Source of the DNA: Gammaproteobacteria bacterium
GTDB lineage: Bacteria; Pseudomonadota; Gammaproteobacteria; Pseudomonadales; JADFDG01
Assembly (NCBI GenBank): GCA_046566765.1
Contig: JBKHWA010000044.1
Coordinates: forward strand, 471-64,470
Length of the DNA: 64,000 nucleotides
Reading direction: 5' to 3'
Shown here piece after piece: positions 1 through 8,997 of this stretch (positions are counted from its first letter, which is position 1; each line of letters opens with the position of its first letter). The notes under the pieces are model-generated. The model saw only the letters and a program-made list of their open reading frames with translations, did not search any database and had not been told where the DNA came from. The translations under genes and the position numbers were made by a program.

Positions 1-123
1 CCGGCGGCGTTCGACCAGGCGCTGGCGCTGGCCCGCCGCACGCTATCATCCGCCGACCTGCGCAAGCTCGAATCCGCGCTCGGCATCGAGCGCACGCTGG
101 CCGAGTACGTCGGCCTGCTGTGA
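1..123 (+). CDS. 3' end of an unidentified gene entering from the left window edge (partial)
   Basis: Frame 1 is open from base 1 (PAAFDQALALARRTLSSADLRKLESALGIERTLAEYVGLL*) and stops at TGA 121-123. Third codon positions are GC-rich like the neighbouring genes. No family is recognisable from 40 residues. Confidence 0.35.
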   Translation, partial: PAAFDQALALARRTLSSADLRKLESALGIERTLAEYVGLL

Positions 124-206
124 ACCGCGCGACTGGCGATCCAGCCGCACCCAACCAACCACATCCAACCCAACCACATCCACCCGAGTCCAAGGAGAGC
201 GACACC

Positions 207-629
207 ATGCCCGTACCCGAACTGCAGCAGGACCGCTTCAACCCCGTCATCGCCGCCAACCTCGCCACCAACCGCTGGCTGGTGTCGGCGGTGATCTACT
301 TCGTGATCGGCGTTGCGCTGGGCATCGTCATGGGCATCACCGGCGACCACCGCATCTACGGCGCGCACGCCCACATCAACATGCTGGGCTGGGTATCGAT
401 GGCACTGTTCGCCTTCATCTACCGCGCTTTCCCGGCGGCGGCGGTCAGCCGGCTGGCGAAGGCGCATTTCTGGATCTACAGCATCTCGCTGCCGCCGATG
501 ATGATCGGGCTGGCGCTGATGCTGCGCGGGCATCACCAGTTCGAACCGCTGGTAGCGATTTTCTCGCTGACCATCTTCGTATCGGTGCTGCTGTTCGCGA
601 TCAACATCCTGCGCCAGCCACGCGGTTGA
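207..629 (+). CDS. small 4-TM integral membrane protein, function unknown
   Basis: Lies in ORF 120..629. ATG 207 is preferred because AAGGAG sits at 192-197 and the residues before it (PAAPNQPHPTQPHPP) are low-complexity. Four hydrophobic spans. The His-rich motif GAHAHINMLGW resembles metal/heme-ligand helices of heme-copper-oxidase-like proteins (resemblance only). Confidence 0.6.
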   Translation: MPVPELQQDRFNPVIAANLATNRWLVSAVIYFVIGVALGIVMGITGDHRIYGAHAHINMLGWVSMALFAFIYRAFPAAAVSRLAKAHFWIYSISLPPMMIGLALMLRGHHQFEPLVAIFSLTIFVSVLLFAINILRQPRG

Positions 630-650
630 ACCCGGCGCCGCCGGGACGGC

Positions 651-1994
651 TCAGCGGCCGTCGACTTCCTGCAGCAGCAGCGGCCGGCGGACCGCCAGCC
701 GGAACCGGCCGCGGCCGGTTTTCTCGATGACGATCGCGCCGTCGCGCTCGGCCAGCCGCTTCTGCAGCAGGATCAGCCGGGCTTCCAGGTTGTCGTCGAC
801 ATCCGGCAGTTTCAGCGCGCTATCGAGCCGCAACTCGCGGTTGCTGAACTCGGTGCGCTGTTCCTTCACGTAGAGATTCAGCAGGCGCCAGAGGATGGCG
901 CCGGCCACACCCTTGATCAGGTAATCCTCGCCGAGGAACACGCTGTCGTTGCGCGCGTAGTGGCGCACCGCCAGCGGCGAGCCGCCGACTTCCGGCTTCA
1001 CCGCGCTCTCGCGCGCGGCGTCCTCGCTGCTGTCCGCCGCGTGCTGCAGCGCCAGCACCGCCTCGCCGAGCAGGCCGGCGATCGTCACCAGCGCGTCCTC
1101 GTCTTCCCAGGTGAAGCGCTGCGCCTCCGGGCTTTCCACGTGCAACACGCCGAGCAGGCGGTTGGCGGCGATCACCGGCACCGCCAGCTGGCTGTGCGGC
1201 TCCGGCAGACCGGGGAACGGGATCGCGGTTTCCAGCAGGTCGTCCAGGCCGGCACCGGCAACGTGCTCGCGGATGGCGCGGCCGTAACTGTATTCGCTGG
1301 TCATGTGCGCGATGCGGATCGGCGTGCGGTACTGCGCCGCCACCCCGATCACGCCGCGGCCAAGCGGGAATTCCGAGCCGATGCCGGACTGCGCGTAACC
1401 GCGGCTGGCGACGGTGTACAACCGGTGCGCATCGGCGAACAGGATCATCGCGTGGCGGAAACCGAACTCTGCCTCCAGCCCGGCCAGCGTGCGCTCGAGC
1501 AGCGTGGCGAGATCGGTGGAGGAGACCACCCGCGGCACCATCGCCCGCAACGCCGTCATCCGGCTGCGCTGGATCGCCGGCGGCACCGCCACCTCGACCC
1601 CGGGCACCTGTTCGACATCGAGCACCTGGTACACGTCCGAGCCCTGCAGGCGGAACACGCCGCTCATGCCGGAATGCGAGGCGATCGCCGACAGCTTCGC
1701 CTTCATGCTCTCGAACAGCGGCCCTTCGCACTCGGTGCGACGATACAGCAGCGCCAGCCGGTAGCGCGCCGACGTTTCCGGGTGCAGCAGGAACAGTGTC
1801 GCCTGCGGGTTGGCGAGGATGTTCTCGCGCGTCTTGTTGAAGAACTGGAAAGTGAGCGCCACGTGGCTGGCATCGACGTAATGCACCTGCGACACGTAGG
1901 TGACATTCGGGATGCCGGCGGCGTCGCAGGTGGCAAGTATCGACGGCACCACGCCCTCGAAGCAGGGCCGGATCGCGTCCAGGGAAATTTTCAT
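651..1994 (-). CDS. PNPOx-like (FMN-binding split barrel) / GAF / C-terminal winged-helix-like three-domain protein, probable ligand-sensing regulator
   Basis: C-terminal 447 codons of ORF 651..2333, starting at MKISLDAIRPCFEGVVPS (ATG at 1994). The N-terminus resembles the pyridoxamine-5'-phosphate-oxidase family. The middle has GAF-like features (RGVIGVAAQYRTPIRI...LLGVLHVES). The C-terminal part (KTGRGRFRL) looks like a DNA-binding wHTH. The upstream ORF extension is Arg-rich junk. Confidence 0.8.
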   Translation of the reverse strand: MKISLDAIRPCFEGVVPSILATCDAAGIPNVTYVSQVHYVDASHVALTFQFFNKTRENILANPQATLFLLHPETSARYRLALLYRRTECEGPLFESMKAKLSAIASHSGMSGVFRLQGSDVYQVLDVEQVPGVEVAVPPAIQRSRMTALRAMVPRVVSSTDLATLLERTLAGLEAEFGFRHAMILFADAHRLYTVASRGYAQSGIGSEFPLGRGVIGVAAQYRTPIRIAHMTSEYSYGRAIREHVAGAGLDDLLETAIPFPGLPEPHSQLAVPVIAANRLLGVLHVESPEAQRFTWEDEDALVTIAGLLGEAVLALQHAADSSEDAARESAVKPEVGGSPLAVRHYARNDSVFLGEDYLIKGVAGAILWRLLNLYVKEQRTEFSNRELRLDSALKLPDVDDNLEARLILLQKRLAERDGAIVIEKTGRGRFRLAVRRPLLLQEVDGR

Positions 1995-2482
1995 GCGGCA
2001 CCGCCGATGCGCTGGCCGGCACCCGGCCCTGGCGTCTGTTCGAAGATCGCGTCGACGCTGAAGGTGACGGCGGCGATCTCGTCGCCCGGCGCGGTGGCAT
2101 GTATCGCCAGCGCGAACTCGCGCGGATAGCCGCTGCGGACCAGGTCGGCGGCGAACGCCTGCCGGTGCTGTTCGATCAGTTCCGCGTCGCCGGCGACCGA
2201 CGCGACGACGCGGGCGTCGTTGCCCTTGACCTGCAGCGTGTGGTGGGTGCTGGGCTGCGAGAATACCGCCGCTACCTGGCCAGTGGCCTCGATGTCGCGC
2301 AATACCTGGCGGGAAGCACTGGCTTCCAGCCACATGGTCAGCGTGCGGCGATCAGCGTCGACGCGGCAGCCGAGCGCGCGCACCAGCGACGGCACCCGGC
2401 GCATGTCGCGCGAGGCGATGATCAGCGAGACACCGCCGGCGAGGAAGGCGGCCTGCTCGTCGGTGAGCGTCGCGTGGGACAT
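1991..2482 (-). CDS. pyridoxamine 5'-phosphate oxidase family protein (FMN/F420/heme-binding split-barrel)
   Basis: ORF 1991..2602 trimmed to MSHATLTDEQAAFLAGGVSLIIASRD (ATG at 2482). Its stop overlaps the ATG of the downstream GAF gene (ATGA at 1991-1994), indicating translational coupling. Confidence 0.75.
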   Translation of the reverse strand: MSHATLTDEQAAFLAGGVSLIIASRDMRRVPSLVRALGCRVDADRRTLTMWLEASASRQVLRDIEATGQVAAVFSQPSTHHTLQVKGNDARVVASVAGDAELIEQHRQAFAADLVRSGYPREFALAIHATAPGDEIAAVTFSVDAIFEQTPGPGAGQRIGGAA

Positions 2483-2536
2483 GGGGTGGCATCCATGGCG
2501 ATGGCGGCGCCTATCGTGCCCAACCGCGGCACAAAT

Positions 2537-2600
2537 GAAAACGCCGCCCGCAGGCGGCGTTCTCAGGCTGTGACGCAGGCCCGGCCGCGCGGCCGGGCGC
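2537..2600 (-). terminator. tandem GC hairpins downstream of the thiolase gene (probable rho-independent terminator)
   Basis: Hairpin gcccggccg-cg-cggccgggc at 2580-2600. A second hairpin acgccgcc-cgca-ggcggcgt at 2541-2560 is followed on the minus strand by tttcattt. Confidence 0.5.
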
Positions 2601-2608
2601 ATGCCACG

Positions 2609-3895
2609 TTACTTCTCGACGATCGCCACCACGCCCTGGCCGCCGGCGGCACAGATCGAGATCAGCACGCGGCCCGAACCCTTCGCGTCCAGCAGCTTGG
2701 CGGCGTTGGCGAGGATGCGGCCACCGGTGGCGGCGAACGGGTGGCCGGCCGCCAGCGACGAACCCTTCACGTTCAGCTTCGCACGGTCGATGCTGCCCAG
2801 CGCCTTCGACAGGCCGAGTTTCTCCTTGCAGAACTTCTCGCTTTCCCACGCCGCCAGCGTCGCCAGCACCTGCGAAGCGAACGCCTCGTGGATCTCGTAG
2901 TAGTCGAAGTCCTGCAGCGAGAGATTGTTGCGCGCCAGCATGCGCGCGACGGCATAGGCCGGCGCCATCAGCAGGCCTTCCTTGCTGCCGTTCTTGCCGG
3001 TGAAGTCGACCGCGGCCGCTTCGCCGTCGCGGAAGTACGCCAGCGGCTTCAGGCCTTTCTTCGCCGCCCATTCCTCGCTGGCCAGCAGCACCGCCGAGGC
3101 GCCGTCGGTGAGCGGGGTGGAGTTGGCGGCGGTCATGGTGCCGTCCGGGCCGCCGAAGCAGGGCTTCAGCGTGGCGAGCTTCTCCATCTTCGAGTCGCCG
3201 CGCATGTTGTTGTCCTTTTCCAGCCCCTTGAACGGGGAGATCAGGTCCTTCTGCCAGCCGTCGGCGTAGCTCTTCGCCAGGTTGTGGTGCGAGGCCAGCG
3301 CCAGTTCGTCCTGCGCCTGGCGGGTGATGCCCCACTCCTTCGCGGTGATCGCGGCGTGGTCGCCCATCGCCAGGCCGGTGCGCGGCTCGCCATTGCGCGG
3401 GATGTCCGGCTTGAACCAGTCGGCCGACAACAGGCCGAGCGCCTTCTTCGCCTTGTCCTGGTTGGTCTTCTGCGCGTTGATGACCATCAGCTTGCGACGC
3501 AGCGAATCGTTGAGGCCGACCGGCGCATCGGAGGTGCTGTCGACGCCGCCGGCGATCGCCGAGTCGATCTGGCCGAGCGCGATCTTGTTGCTCACCAGGA
3601 TCGCCGCCTCGAGGCCGGTGCCGCAGGCCTGCTGCACGTCGTAGGCCGGGGTGTGCGGATCGAGCGTGGTGTCGAGCACCGTCTCGCGCACCAGGTTGAA
3701 ATCGCGCGAGTGCTTCATCACCGCGCCGCCGGCGACTTCGCCGATGCGCTCACCCTTCAGCTTGTAGCGGTCGACCAGGCCCTGGATGGCCGCGCCCAGC
3801 ATTTCCTGGTTGCTGACGCCGAGGTAAGCGCCGCCGGAGCGGGCGAACGGGATGCGGTTGCCGCCGAGAATGGCGACGCGACGGATCTGGGACAT
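2609..3895 (-). CDS. acetyl-CoA C-acyltransferase (thiolase family)
   Basis: ORF 2609..4024 trimmed to MSQIRRVAILGGNRIPFARS (ATG at 3895). Contains the thiolase active-site Cys context QQACGTGLEA and the C-terminal motifs GSSLAAGHPFAATGGR and CAAGGQG. Confidence 0.9.
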   Translation of the reverse strand: MSQIRRVAILGGNRIPFARSGGAYLGVSNQEMLGAAIQGLVDRYKLKGERIGEVAGGAVMKHSRDFNLVRETVLDTTLDPHTPAYDVQQACGTGLEAAILVSNKIALGQIDSAIAGGVDSTSDAPVGLNDSLRRKLMVINAQKTNQDKAKKALGLLSADWFKPDIPRNGEPRTGLAMGDHAAITAKEWGITRQAQDELALASHHNLAKSYADGWQKDLISPFKGLEKDNNMRGDSKMEKLATLKPCFGGPDGTMTAANSTPLTDGASAVLLASEEWAAKKGLKPLAYFRDGEAAAVDFTGKNGSKEGLLMAPAYAVARMLARNNLSLQDFDYYEIHEAFASQVLATLAAWESEKFCKEKLGLSKALGSIDRAKLNVKGSSLAAGHPFAATGGRILANAAKLLDAKGSGRVLISICAAGGQGVVAIVEK

Positions 3896-4085
3896 GGGAA
3901 CCTCCGGGAGAATTGCGGGACGGCATCGGTACCGGTGCGGCAGGATACCGGGCGCGCATCCTAGCGGATTGGCCACCGTGACCGGACAGTTGTCCGGGGG
4001 GTCAATACCTGACCGGAAAGTCACGGTTTACCATGCGCGCCGCTGTGATTCCCCCGCTCTCCTTTTGCACTGCCGGAGCAACACC

Positions 4086-5483
4086 ATGGACCGCTATACC
4101 TCCTTCGCCAATTCGTCGTTCGGCCGCTCGCTGCTCGGCTCGCTGGGCATGCCGACACCGATCGCGCTCGATCGCTACAACCCGGAACAAACGGTGCTGA
4201 TCAACGGTGCCGTGTTGTTCGGCAGCGTGCAGAACGGCCCGGTCGCGCAGGCCATCGCCGCGGTGCTGAAAGCCGGCGGCAGCGAGCTGTTCGTGTACGC
4301 CGACGGCGGCGAACAGGCTGGCGCCGCACTCGGTGGCGCCGCGAAGACCTGGGACGGCGCGAAGGAGTCCGAGCAGAAGTTCAAGGGCCTGGTTTTCGAT
4401 GCCAGCGGCATCGCCAACACCACGCAGCTGAAGGCGCTGTGGAGTTTCTTCCACCCGGTAGCCAAGAAGATGCAGAACTGCTCGCGCATCGTCGTCGTCG
4501 GTCGCCCGCCGGAACAGTGCAGCGACCCGAAGCACGCCACCGCGCAGCGCGCGCTGGAAGGCCTGACCCGCGCACTCGGCAAGGAAATCAAGCGGGGCAC
4601 CACCACCCAGCTGCTGTACGTCGCCGACGGCGCGGAAGCGCAGCTCGAGTCGTCGCTGCGCTTCTTCCTGTCGCCGAAATCGGCGTACGTGAGCGCGCAG
4701 GTGGTGCGCATCGGCAAGGCCGACGCCGTCGGCGTCGACTGGAACAAGCCGCTGGCGGGCAAGGTTGCACTGGTGACCGGCGCCTCGCGCGGCATCGGCG
4801 AAGCCATCGCCGGCGTGCGGGCGCGTGACGGCGCCCACGTGATCTGCCTGGACATCCCGCCGGCTGCCGCCGAACTGAAAACGGTGGCCGACCGCATCGG
4901 CGGCTCGACGCTGGCGCTGGACATCACCGACCCGGCAGCGCCGGCGGCGATCGCCGAGCACGTGAAGAAAACCCACGGCGGCCTTGACGTGCTGGTGCAC
5001 AACGCCGGCGTCACCCGCGACAAGATGCTGGGCAACATGCCGGACAAGTTCTGGGACATGGTGATCAACATCAACCTGTCGAGCGAAGAGCGCATCAACG
5101 ATGCGATGCTCGCCGCCGACGCCTTCAGGCCGAACGCGCGCATCGTCTGCGTCAGCTCGATCAGCGGCATCGCCGGCAACCTCGGCCAGACCAACTACGC
5201 GGTGTCCAAGGCCGGCGTGATCGGCATGGTGCAATCGATGGCGCCGGTGCTGAAGGCGAAGAACATCACCATCAACGCGGTGGCGCCGGGTTTCATCGAG
5301 ACGCAGATGACCGCCGCCATCCCGTTCACCATCCGCGAGGCCGGCCGCCGCATGAACTCGATGAGCCAGGGCGGTCTGCCGGTCGACGTCGCCGAGACCA
5401 TCGCCTGGTACGCCAACCCGGCCAGCAACGGCGTCACCGGCCAGGTGGTGCGCGTCTGCGGCCAGTCGCTGATCGGCGCCTGA
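4086..5483 (+). CDS. two-domain (high-molecular-weight, FabG4-like) 3-oxoacyl-ACP/CoA reductase, SDR family
   Basis: ORF 3852..5483 trimmed to MDRYTSFANSSFGRSLLG (ATG 4086). The C-terminal half is a classical SDR (VTGASRGIGEAIA, NAG, YAVSKAG). The non-catalytic N-terminal flavodoxin-like half matches the mycobacterial FabG4-type architecture. Confidence 0.85.
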   Translation: MDRYTSFANSSFGRSLLGSLGMPTPIALDRYNPEQTVLINGAVLFGSVQNGPVAQAIAAVLKAGGSELFVYADGGEQAGAALGGAAKTWDGAKESEQKFKGLVFDASGIANTTQLKALWSFFHPVAKKMQNCSRIVVVGRPPEQCSDPKHATAQRALEGLTRALGKEIKRGTTTQLLYVADGAEAQLESSLRFFLSPKSAYVSAQVVRIGKADAVGVDWNKPLAGKVALVTGASRGIGEAIAGVRARDGAHVICLDIPPAAAELKTVADRIGGSTLALDITDPAAPAAIAEHVKKTHGGLDVLVHNAGVTRDKMLGNMPDKFWDMVININLSSEERINDAMLAADAFRPNARIVCVSSISGIAGNLGQTNYAVSKAGVIGMVQSMAPVLKAKNITINAVAPGFIETQMTAAIPFTIREAGRRMNSMSQGGLPVDVAETIAWYANPASNGVTGQVVRVCGQSLIGA

Positions 5484-5504
5484 CCGGCGGCGAAAAAACG
5501 CAAC

Positions 5505-5535
5505 AAAAAGGGGGCCGCGCGAGCGGCCCTTTTTC
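5505..5535 (+). terminator. rho-independent terminator after the FabG4-like gene
   Basis: Sequence is aaaaag-gggccgc-gcga-gcggccc-ttttt. A 7-bp GC stem is followed by a T5 run. Confidence 0.7.
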
Positions 5536-5587
5536 GTGACATCCCTGCTAAGGTCCGGTCACGACAAACACCCGCGAGAGGTGTGGC

Positions 5588-7339
5588 ATGGATGAGAAAC
5601 CCGGCGAGACCAGCGCGCTGCGCGCGCGGCTGGACCAGATGGAAGCCCGGCTGGCGACGCTGGAGGCCTGGCACGCGGCCGTCACCCGGCCGGTAACGGC
5701 GGCGGAGCGGGCGCAGACCGCGGCGCCGAAGACGGCGGCAACCGCTGCCAAACCGGCAACGCCCGCGGCGGAAGCGCAGCGCTGGCGCGCGCCGGCACGA
5801 ACCGTCGTCGCCGAGCCCGAGGGTTCGGTCGCCTCGCGCTGGATGGCCGGCGGCGCCGCCGTCGCCTTCCTGCTCGCCGCGGTTTACCTGCTGCGCGTGG
5901 TCTATGACAGCGGCTGGCTGACGCCGGCGCGCGAGGTCGGCCTCGCGGTGATCGGTGGCAGCGCGCTGATTGCCATCGGTTTGTGGCTCGCCCGCTTCGA
6001 CAAGGCGTACGCCGCGTGGTTGCCGGCCGCCGGCAGCGTCGTGCTGTTCGTCGCCGCCTACGGCGCGCATCTCTACTTCGGCCTCATCGACCGGCCGGCG
6101 GCGATCGCCGCGGTCGCCGTCACCAGCGTCGTCACGCTGTGGCTGGGCCGCCGCTTCAGCAACGGCCTGTTCGCGCTGTTCGCGGTGCTCGGCGTCTACC
6201 TGTTCCCGCTGTGGCTGCCGCGCGGCACCCTCGCCGTCGGCGACCTCGCGGTGTATTTCGCCGCCTGGAGCCTGGTGTTCGCCGCCGTCTCCCTGCAGGA
6301 AGGCCGGCGCCTGACCTACGTGCTGGCGATGTACAGCTCGCTGCTCGGCTTCCAGTTGCTGTGGCTGGCCAACGGCCAGGCCGTCGACTGGCCGCAGGCG
6401 GTGCTGTTCCAGTTGTTCCAGTTCGCACTGTTCGCCATCACCGCGGTCGCCTTCTCCATCCATTACCGCCGCGGCATGGACCAGGCGGATGCCGCCGCGC
6501 ACGGCATCGCGCTGTTCTATTTCTACGCCTTCGAATATTCGCTGCTGCGGCAACATGCGCCGGACATTGCCGGCATCGCCGCGCTCGGCTCGGCGCTGTT
6601 CGTGCTGGCAACCTACCTCGTCGCCCGCGCCCGCCTGCCGGTGACACAGCGCAGCCACGGTGCGGTGCTCGCCAGCGCCTACTGCGCGCTGGTCACCACC
6701 CACATCGTGTTCTTCGAATGGATGCCGGACGACCTGCTGCCGTGGGCGGCTTTGCTGGCGCCGGTGCTCACCTTCGCGATGACGCCGCTGTTCCGCGACA
6801 CGCCGTCGGCGCTGTGGCCGGTACGCATGGCCTCCGGCGTGGTGTTCCTGGTCGGCTTCCTCGCCGCGCTGGTCAACACGCCGCACAACGGCACGATGCC
6901 GATGCCGGACCTGGTGCTGTTCGTCTACGCGCTGGTGCTGTACCTGGGCTATGCCTGGTGGCGCAGCAGCGACGAGAAGCCGGAGACCGGCACCGCGCTG
7001 CTGTTCGCCGGCCACCTCGCCGCGATGCTGGCGCTGGCGCGCGCGCTCGATTCCGGCTTCGCCATCTCGGTGTGCTGGGCCGCGCTGGCGCTGGCGGCGC
7101 TGGCGATCGCCGTGGCGGCCCGCGACAAGGAACTTGGCCGCTCCTCGCTGCTGATCTTCGCCGCCTCCGGCGTGAAAACCCTGCTGTTCGACCTGCAGGG
7201 CTCCGATTCGCTGCTGCGCGTGTTCACCTTGCTGGTCGTCGGCGCCAGCCTGTACGCCGGCGGCTGGCTGTACCAGCGCGTGTTCAGCACCCGCGACCCT
7301 GAAACCTCGTCCGCAACAAACCCGCCGGGAAAACCATGA
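5588..7339 (+). CDS. DUF2339-like polytopic membrane protein
   Basis: 583-aa ORF. N-terminal coiled-coil (LRARLDQMEARLATLEAW) and a Pro/Ala linker are followed by many TM helices, the pattern I associate with DUF2339. The antisense 606-aa ORF is Arg-rich junk. Confidence 0.75.
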   Translation: MDEKPGETSALRARLDQMEARLATLEAWHAAVTRPVTAAERAQTAAPKTAATAAKPATPAAEAQRWRAPARTVVAEPEGSVASRWMAGGAAVAFLLAAVYLLRVVYDSGWLTPAREVGLAVIGGSALIAIGLWLARFDKAYAAWLPAAGSVVLFVAAYGAHLYFGLIDRPAAIAAVAVTSVVTLWLGRRFSNGLFALFAVLGVYLFPLWLPRGTLAVGDLAVYFAAWSLVFAAVSLQEGRRLTYVLAMYSSLLGFQLLWLANGQAVDWPQAVLFQLFQFALFAITAVAFSIHYRRGMDQADAAAHGIALFYFYAFEYSLLRQHAPDIAGIAALGSALFVLATYLVARARLPVTQRSHGAVLASAYCALVTTHIVFFEWMPDDLLPWAALLAPVLTFAMTPLFRDTPSALWPVRMASGVVFLVGFLAALVNTPHNGTMPMPDLVLFVYALVLYLGYAWWRSSDEKPETGTALLFAGHLAAMLALARALDSGFAISVCWAALALAALAIAVAARDKELGRSSLLIFAASGVKTLLFDLQGSDSLLRVFTLLVVGASLYAGGWLYQRVFSTRDPETSSATNPPGKP

Positions 7340-8358
7340 CCAAGCAGAAACCCGTCGCCGAGCGCCTGCTCGACGCCCACGTCGCCTTCATGATCGCGCA
7401 GCTGGAGAACGAACCGCTGCGGCTGAATATCGAGGAGGAACTCGACCACGCGCTGGCCGCCGCCGAGAAGATCACGCTCAACGAGGCGGTGACCCGCGAG
7501 ATGATCAAGGACACGGTGAAGACCTACGCGGTCCACCTCGACCTGCACGGCGCCATCCCGGAACTGGTCGGCGACATCGCCCGCGCCATCTACAATCACG
7601 AGATCCACGACCGCACCGCGCTCAACGACCTGGTCAGCGACAAGCAGTTCACCGAGCTGTTCGAGCAGGTGATGGCGATGAAGGAACTGCGCGAGAAGAT
7701 CATCAAGCAGTCGATCGGCAATCCGCTGTACGGCGCGCTGGTCTCCGACGTGCTCTACAACGGCATCAAGGGCTACATCAACGACAACCCGCTGACCAAG
7801 AACAGCCAGGTGGCCGCCGGCGCGCTCAAGCTGGGCAAGACGCTGCTGTCCAAGGCTTCGCCGGGCCTCGAGCAGTCGATGGAGGAAGGGATCAAGAAAT
7901 ACATCTCCGCCAACATCAAGGCCTCGCAGCGCACCACCGAGAAATTCATCCGCGCCCGGCTGGAGGACGACTCGGTCAGGGAGCGCGCGCACGACCTGTG
8001 GGACGAGCACAAGCACAGGAAGGTCGCGGTCTTCCGCGAGTACATATCCGAACGCGACGTGGAAGAGGGCTTCGTTACCGGCTACGAGTACTGGCGCCGG
8101 CTGCGCAAGACCGAGTACTACTGGACCATCATCGCCACCGGCATCGATGCATTCTTCGACAAGTACGGCGAAACCACCCTGCGCGAGTTGCTCGACGAGG
8201 TGGGCATCCACCGCGAGATGATGGTCGCCGAGGCGATGCGCTACGCGCCGCCGGTGATCGCCATGCTGAAGAAGAAGGGGCTGCTGGAACCGCGCATCCG
8301 ACGGCAACTGGAGAAGTTCTACCTGTCGGAAGAGTGCCGGGACATCCTCGGCGGCTGA
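7336..8358 (+). CDS. conserved-looking hypothetical protein (soluble, acidic/helical), function unknown
   Basis: 340-aa ORF whose ATG overlaps the DUF2339 stop (ATGA 7336-7339). Amino-acid composition is normal. I do not recognise any motif. Confidence 0.7.
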   Translation: MTKQKPVAERLLDAHVAFMIAQLENEPLRLNIEEELDHALAAAEKITLNEAVTREMIKDTVKTYAVHLDLHGAIPELVGDIARAIYNHEIHDRTALNDLVSDKQFTELFEQVMAMKELREKIIKQSIGNPLYGALVSDVLYNGIKGYINDNPLTKNSQVAAGALKLGKTLLSKASPGLEQSMEEGIKKYISANIKASQRTTEKFIRARLEDDSVRERAHDLWDEHKHRKVAVFREYISERDVEEGFVTGYEYWRRLRKTEYYWTIIATGIDAFFDKYGETTLRELLDEVGIHREMMVAEAMRYAPPVIAMLKKKGLLEPRIRRQLEKFYLSEECRDILGG

Positions 8359-8451
8359 ATAGGTGCCGGGGCCACGCACCGGAATCACGAGCAGGAACCA
8401 GCGGCCATGGCCCGGCGTGTTAAAACGCGCCGGAACAAGGGAGGGAACACC

Positions 8452-8979
8452 ATGAAAAATCGCCCGCGCGTATCTTTCACTGCATTCATCGGCCCGCTGG
8501 CTGGCCTTGGCCTGCTCGCAGGCGTCGCCACCACGCACGCGGCAGACGCACACCACCCGGAACCGGTGGCCACCGCCGGCTCCGTGCAGGTATCGCCGGC
8601 GCTGCTCGAATTGCTGCGGGCGGAGATGCGGGAAATCGCCGCCGGCGTGCAGGCGATGGCGTTGTCGATCGCGATCGGCGACTGGCGGGCCGTCCACGAC
8701 ACCAGCGCGAAGATCCAGGCCAGCTACGTCATGAACAGGAAGCTGACCGCGGCGCAGCGCGCCGAGCTGGAACGGTTGCCGGAGTTGTTCAGGCATATGG
8801 ACGCGCAGTTCCACCGGCAGGCCGGCAAGGCCGCGGTGGCGGCTGCGGCACACGATGCCGAGCAGGTGGTGTTCCAGTACGCGCGCATGCTGGAAAGTTG
8901 CACGGCCTGCCACGCCGCATTTGCCCGGCCGCGCTTTCGCGGTTTCGAGCCGGAACCGGCGGCGCCGCACCACCACTGA
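8452..8979 (+). CDS. class II c-type cytochrome (cytochrome c'-like), periplasmic
   Basis: ORF 8407..8979 trimmed to MKNRPRVSF (ATG 8452) with AAGGGAGGGA 8-17 nt upstream. Signal peptide ends at ..THAADA. The mature part is helical, with a single CXXCH (CTACH) near the C-terminus, as in cytochrome c'. Confidence 0.6.
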   Translation: MKNRPRVSFTAFIGPLAGLGLLAGVATTHAADAHHPEPVATAGSVQVSPALLELLRAEMREIAAGVQAMALSIAIGDWRAVHDTSAKIQASYVMNRKLTAAQRAELERLPELFRHMDAQFHRQAGKAAVAAAAHDAEQVVFQYARMLESCTACHAAFARPRFRGFEPEPAAPHHH

Positions 8980-8997
8980 ACCGCCATCACGGCGAAT

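Noticed and set aside
120-206. The GTG 120 start for the small membrane protein, which overlaps the upstream stop as GTGA.
   Set aside because: The extra 29 residues are low-complexity (PAAPNQPHPTQPHPP), and ATG 207 has a canonical AAGGAG RBS. The longer form cannot be excluded.
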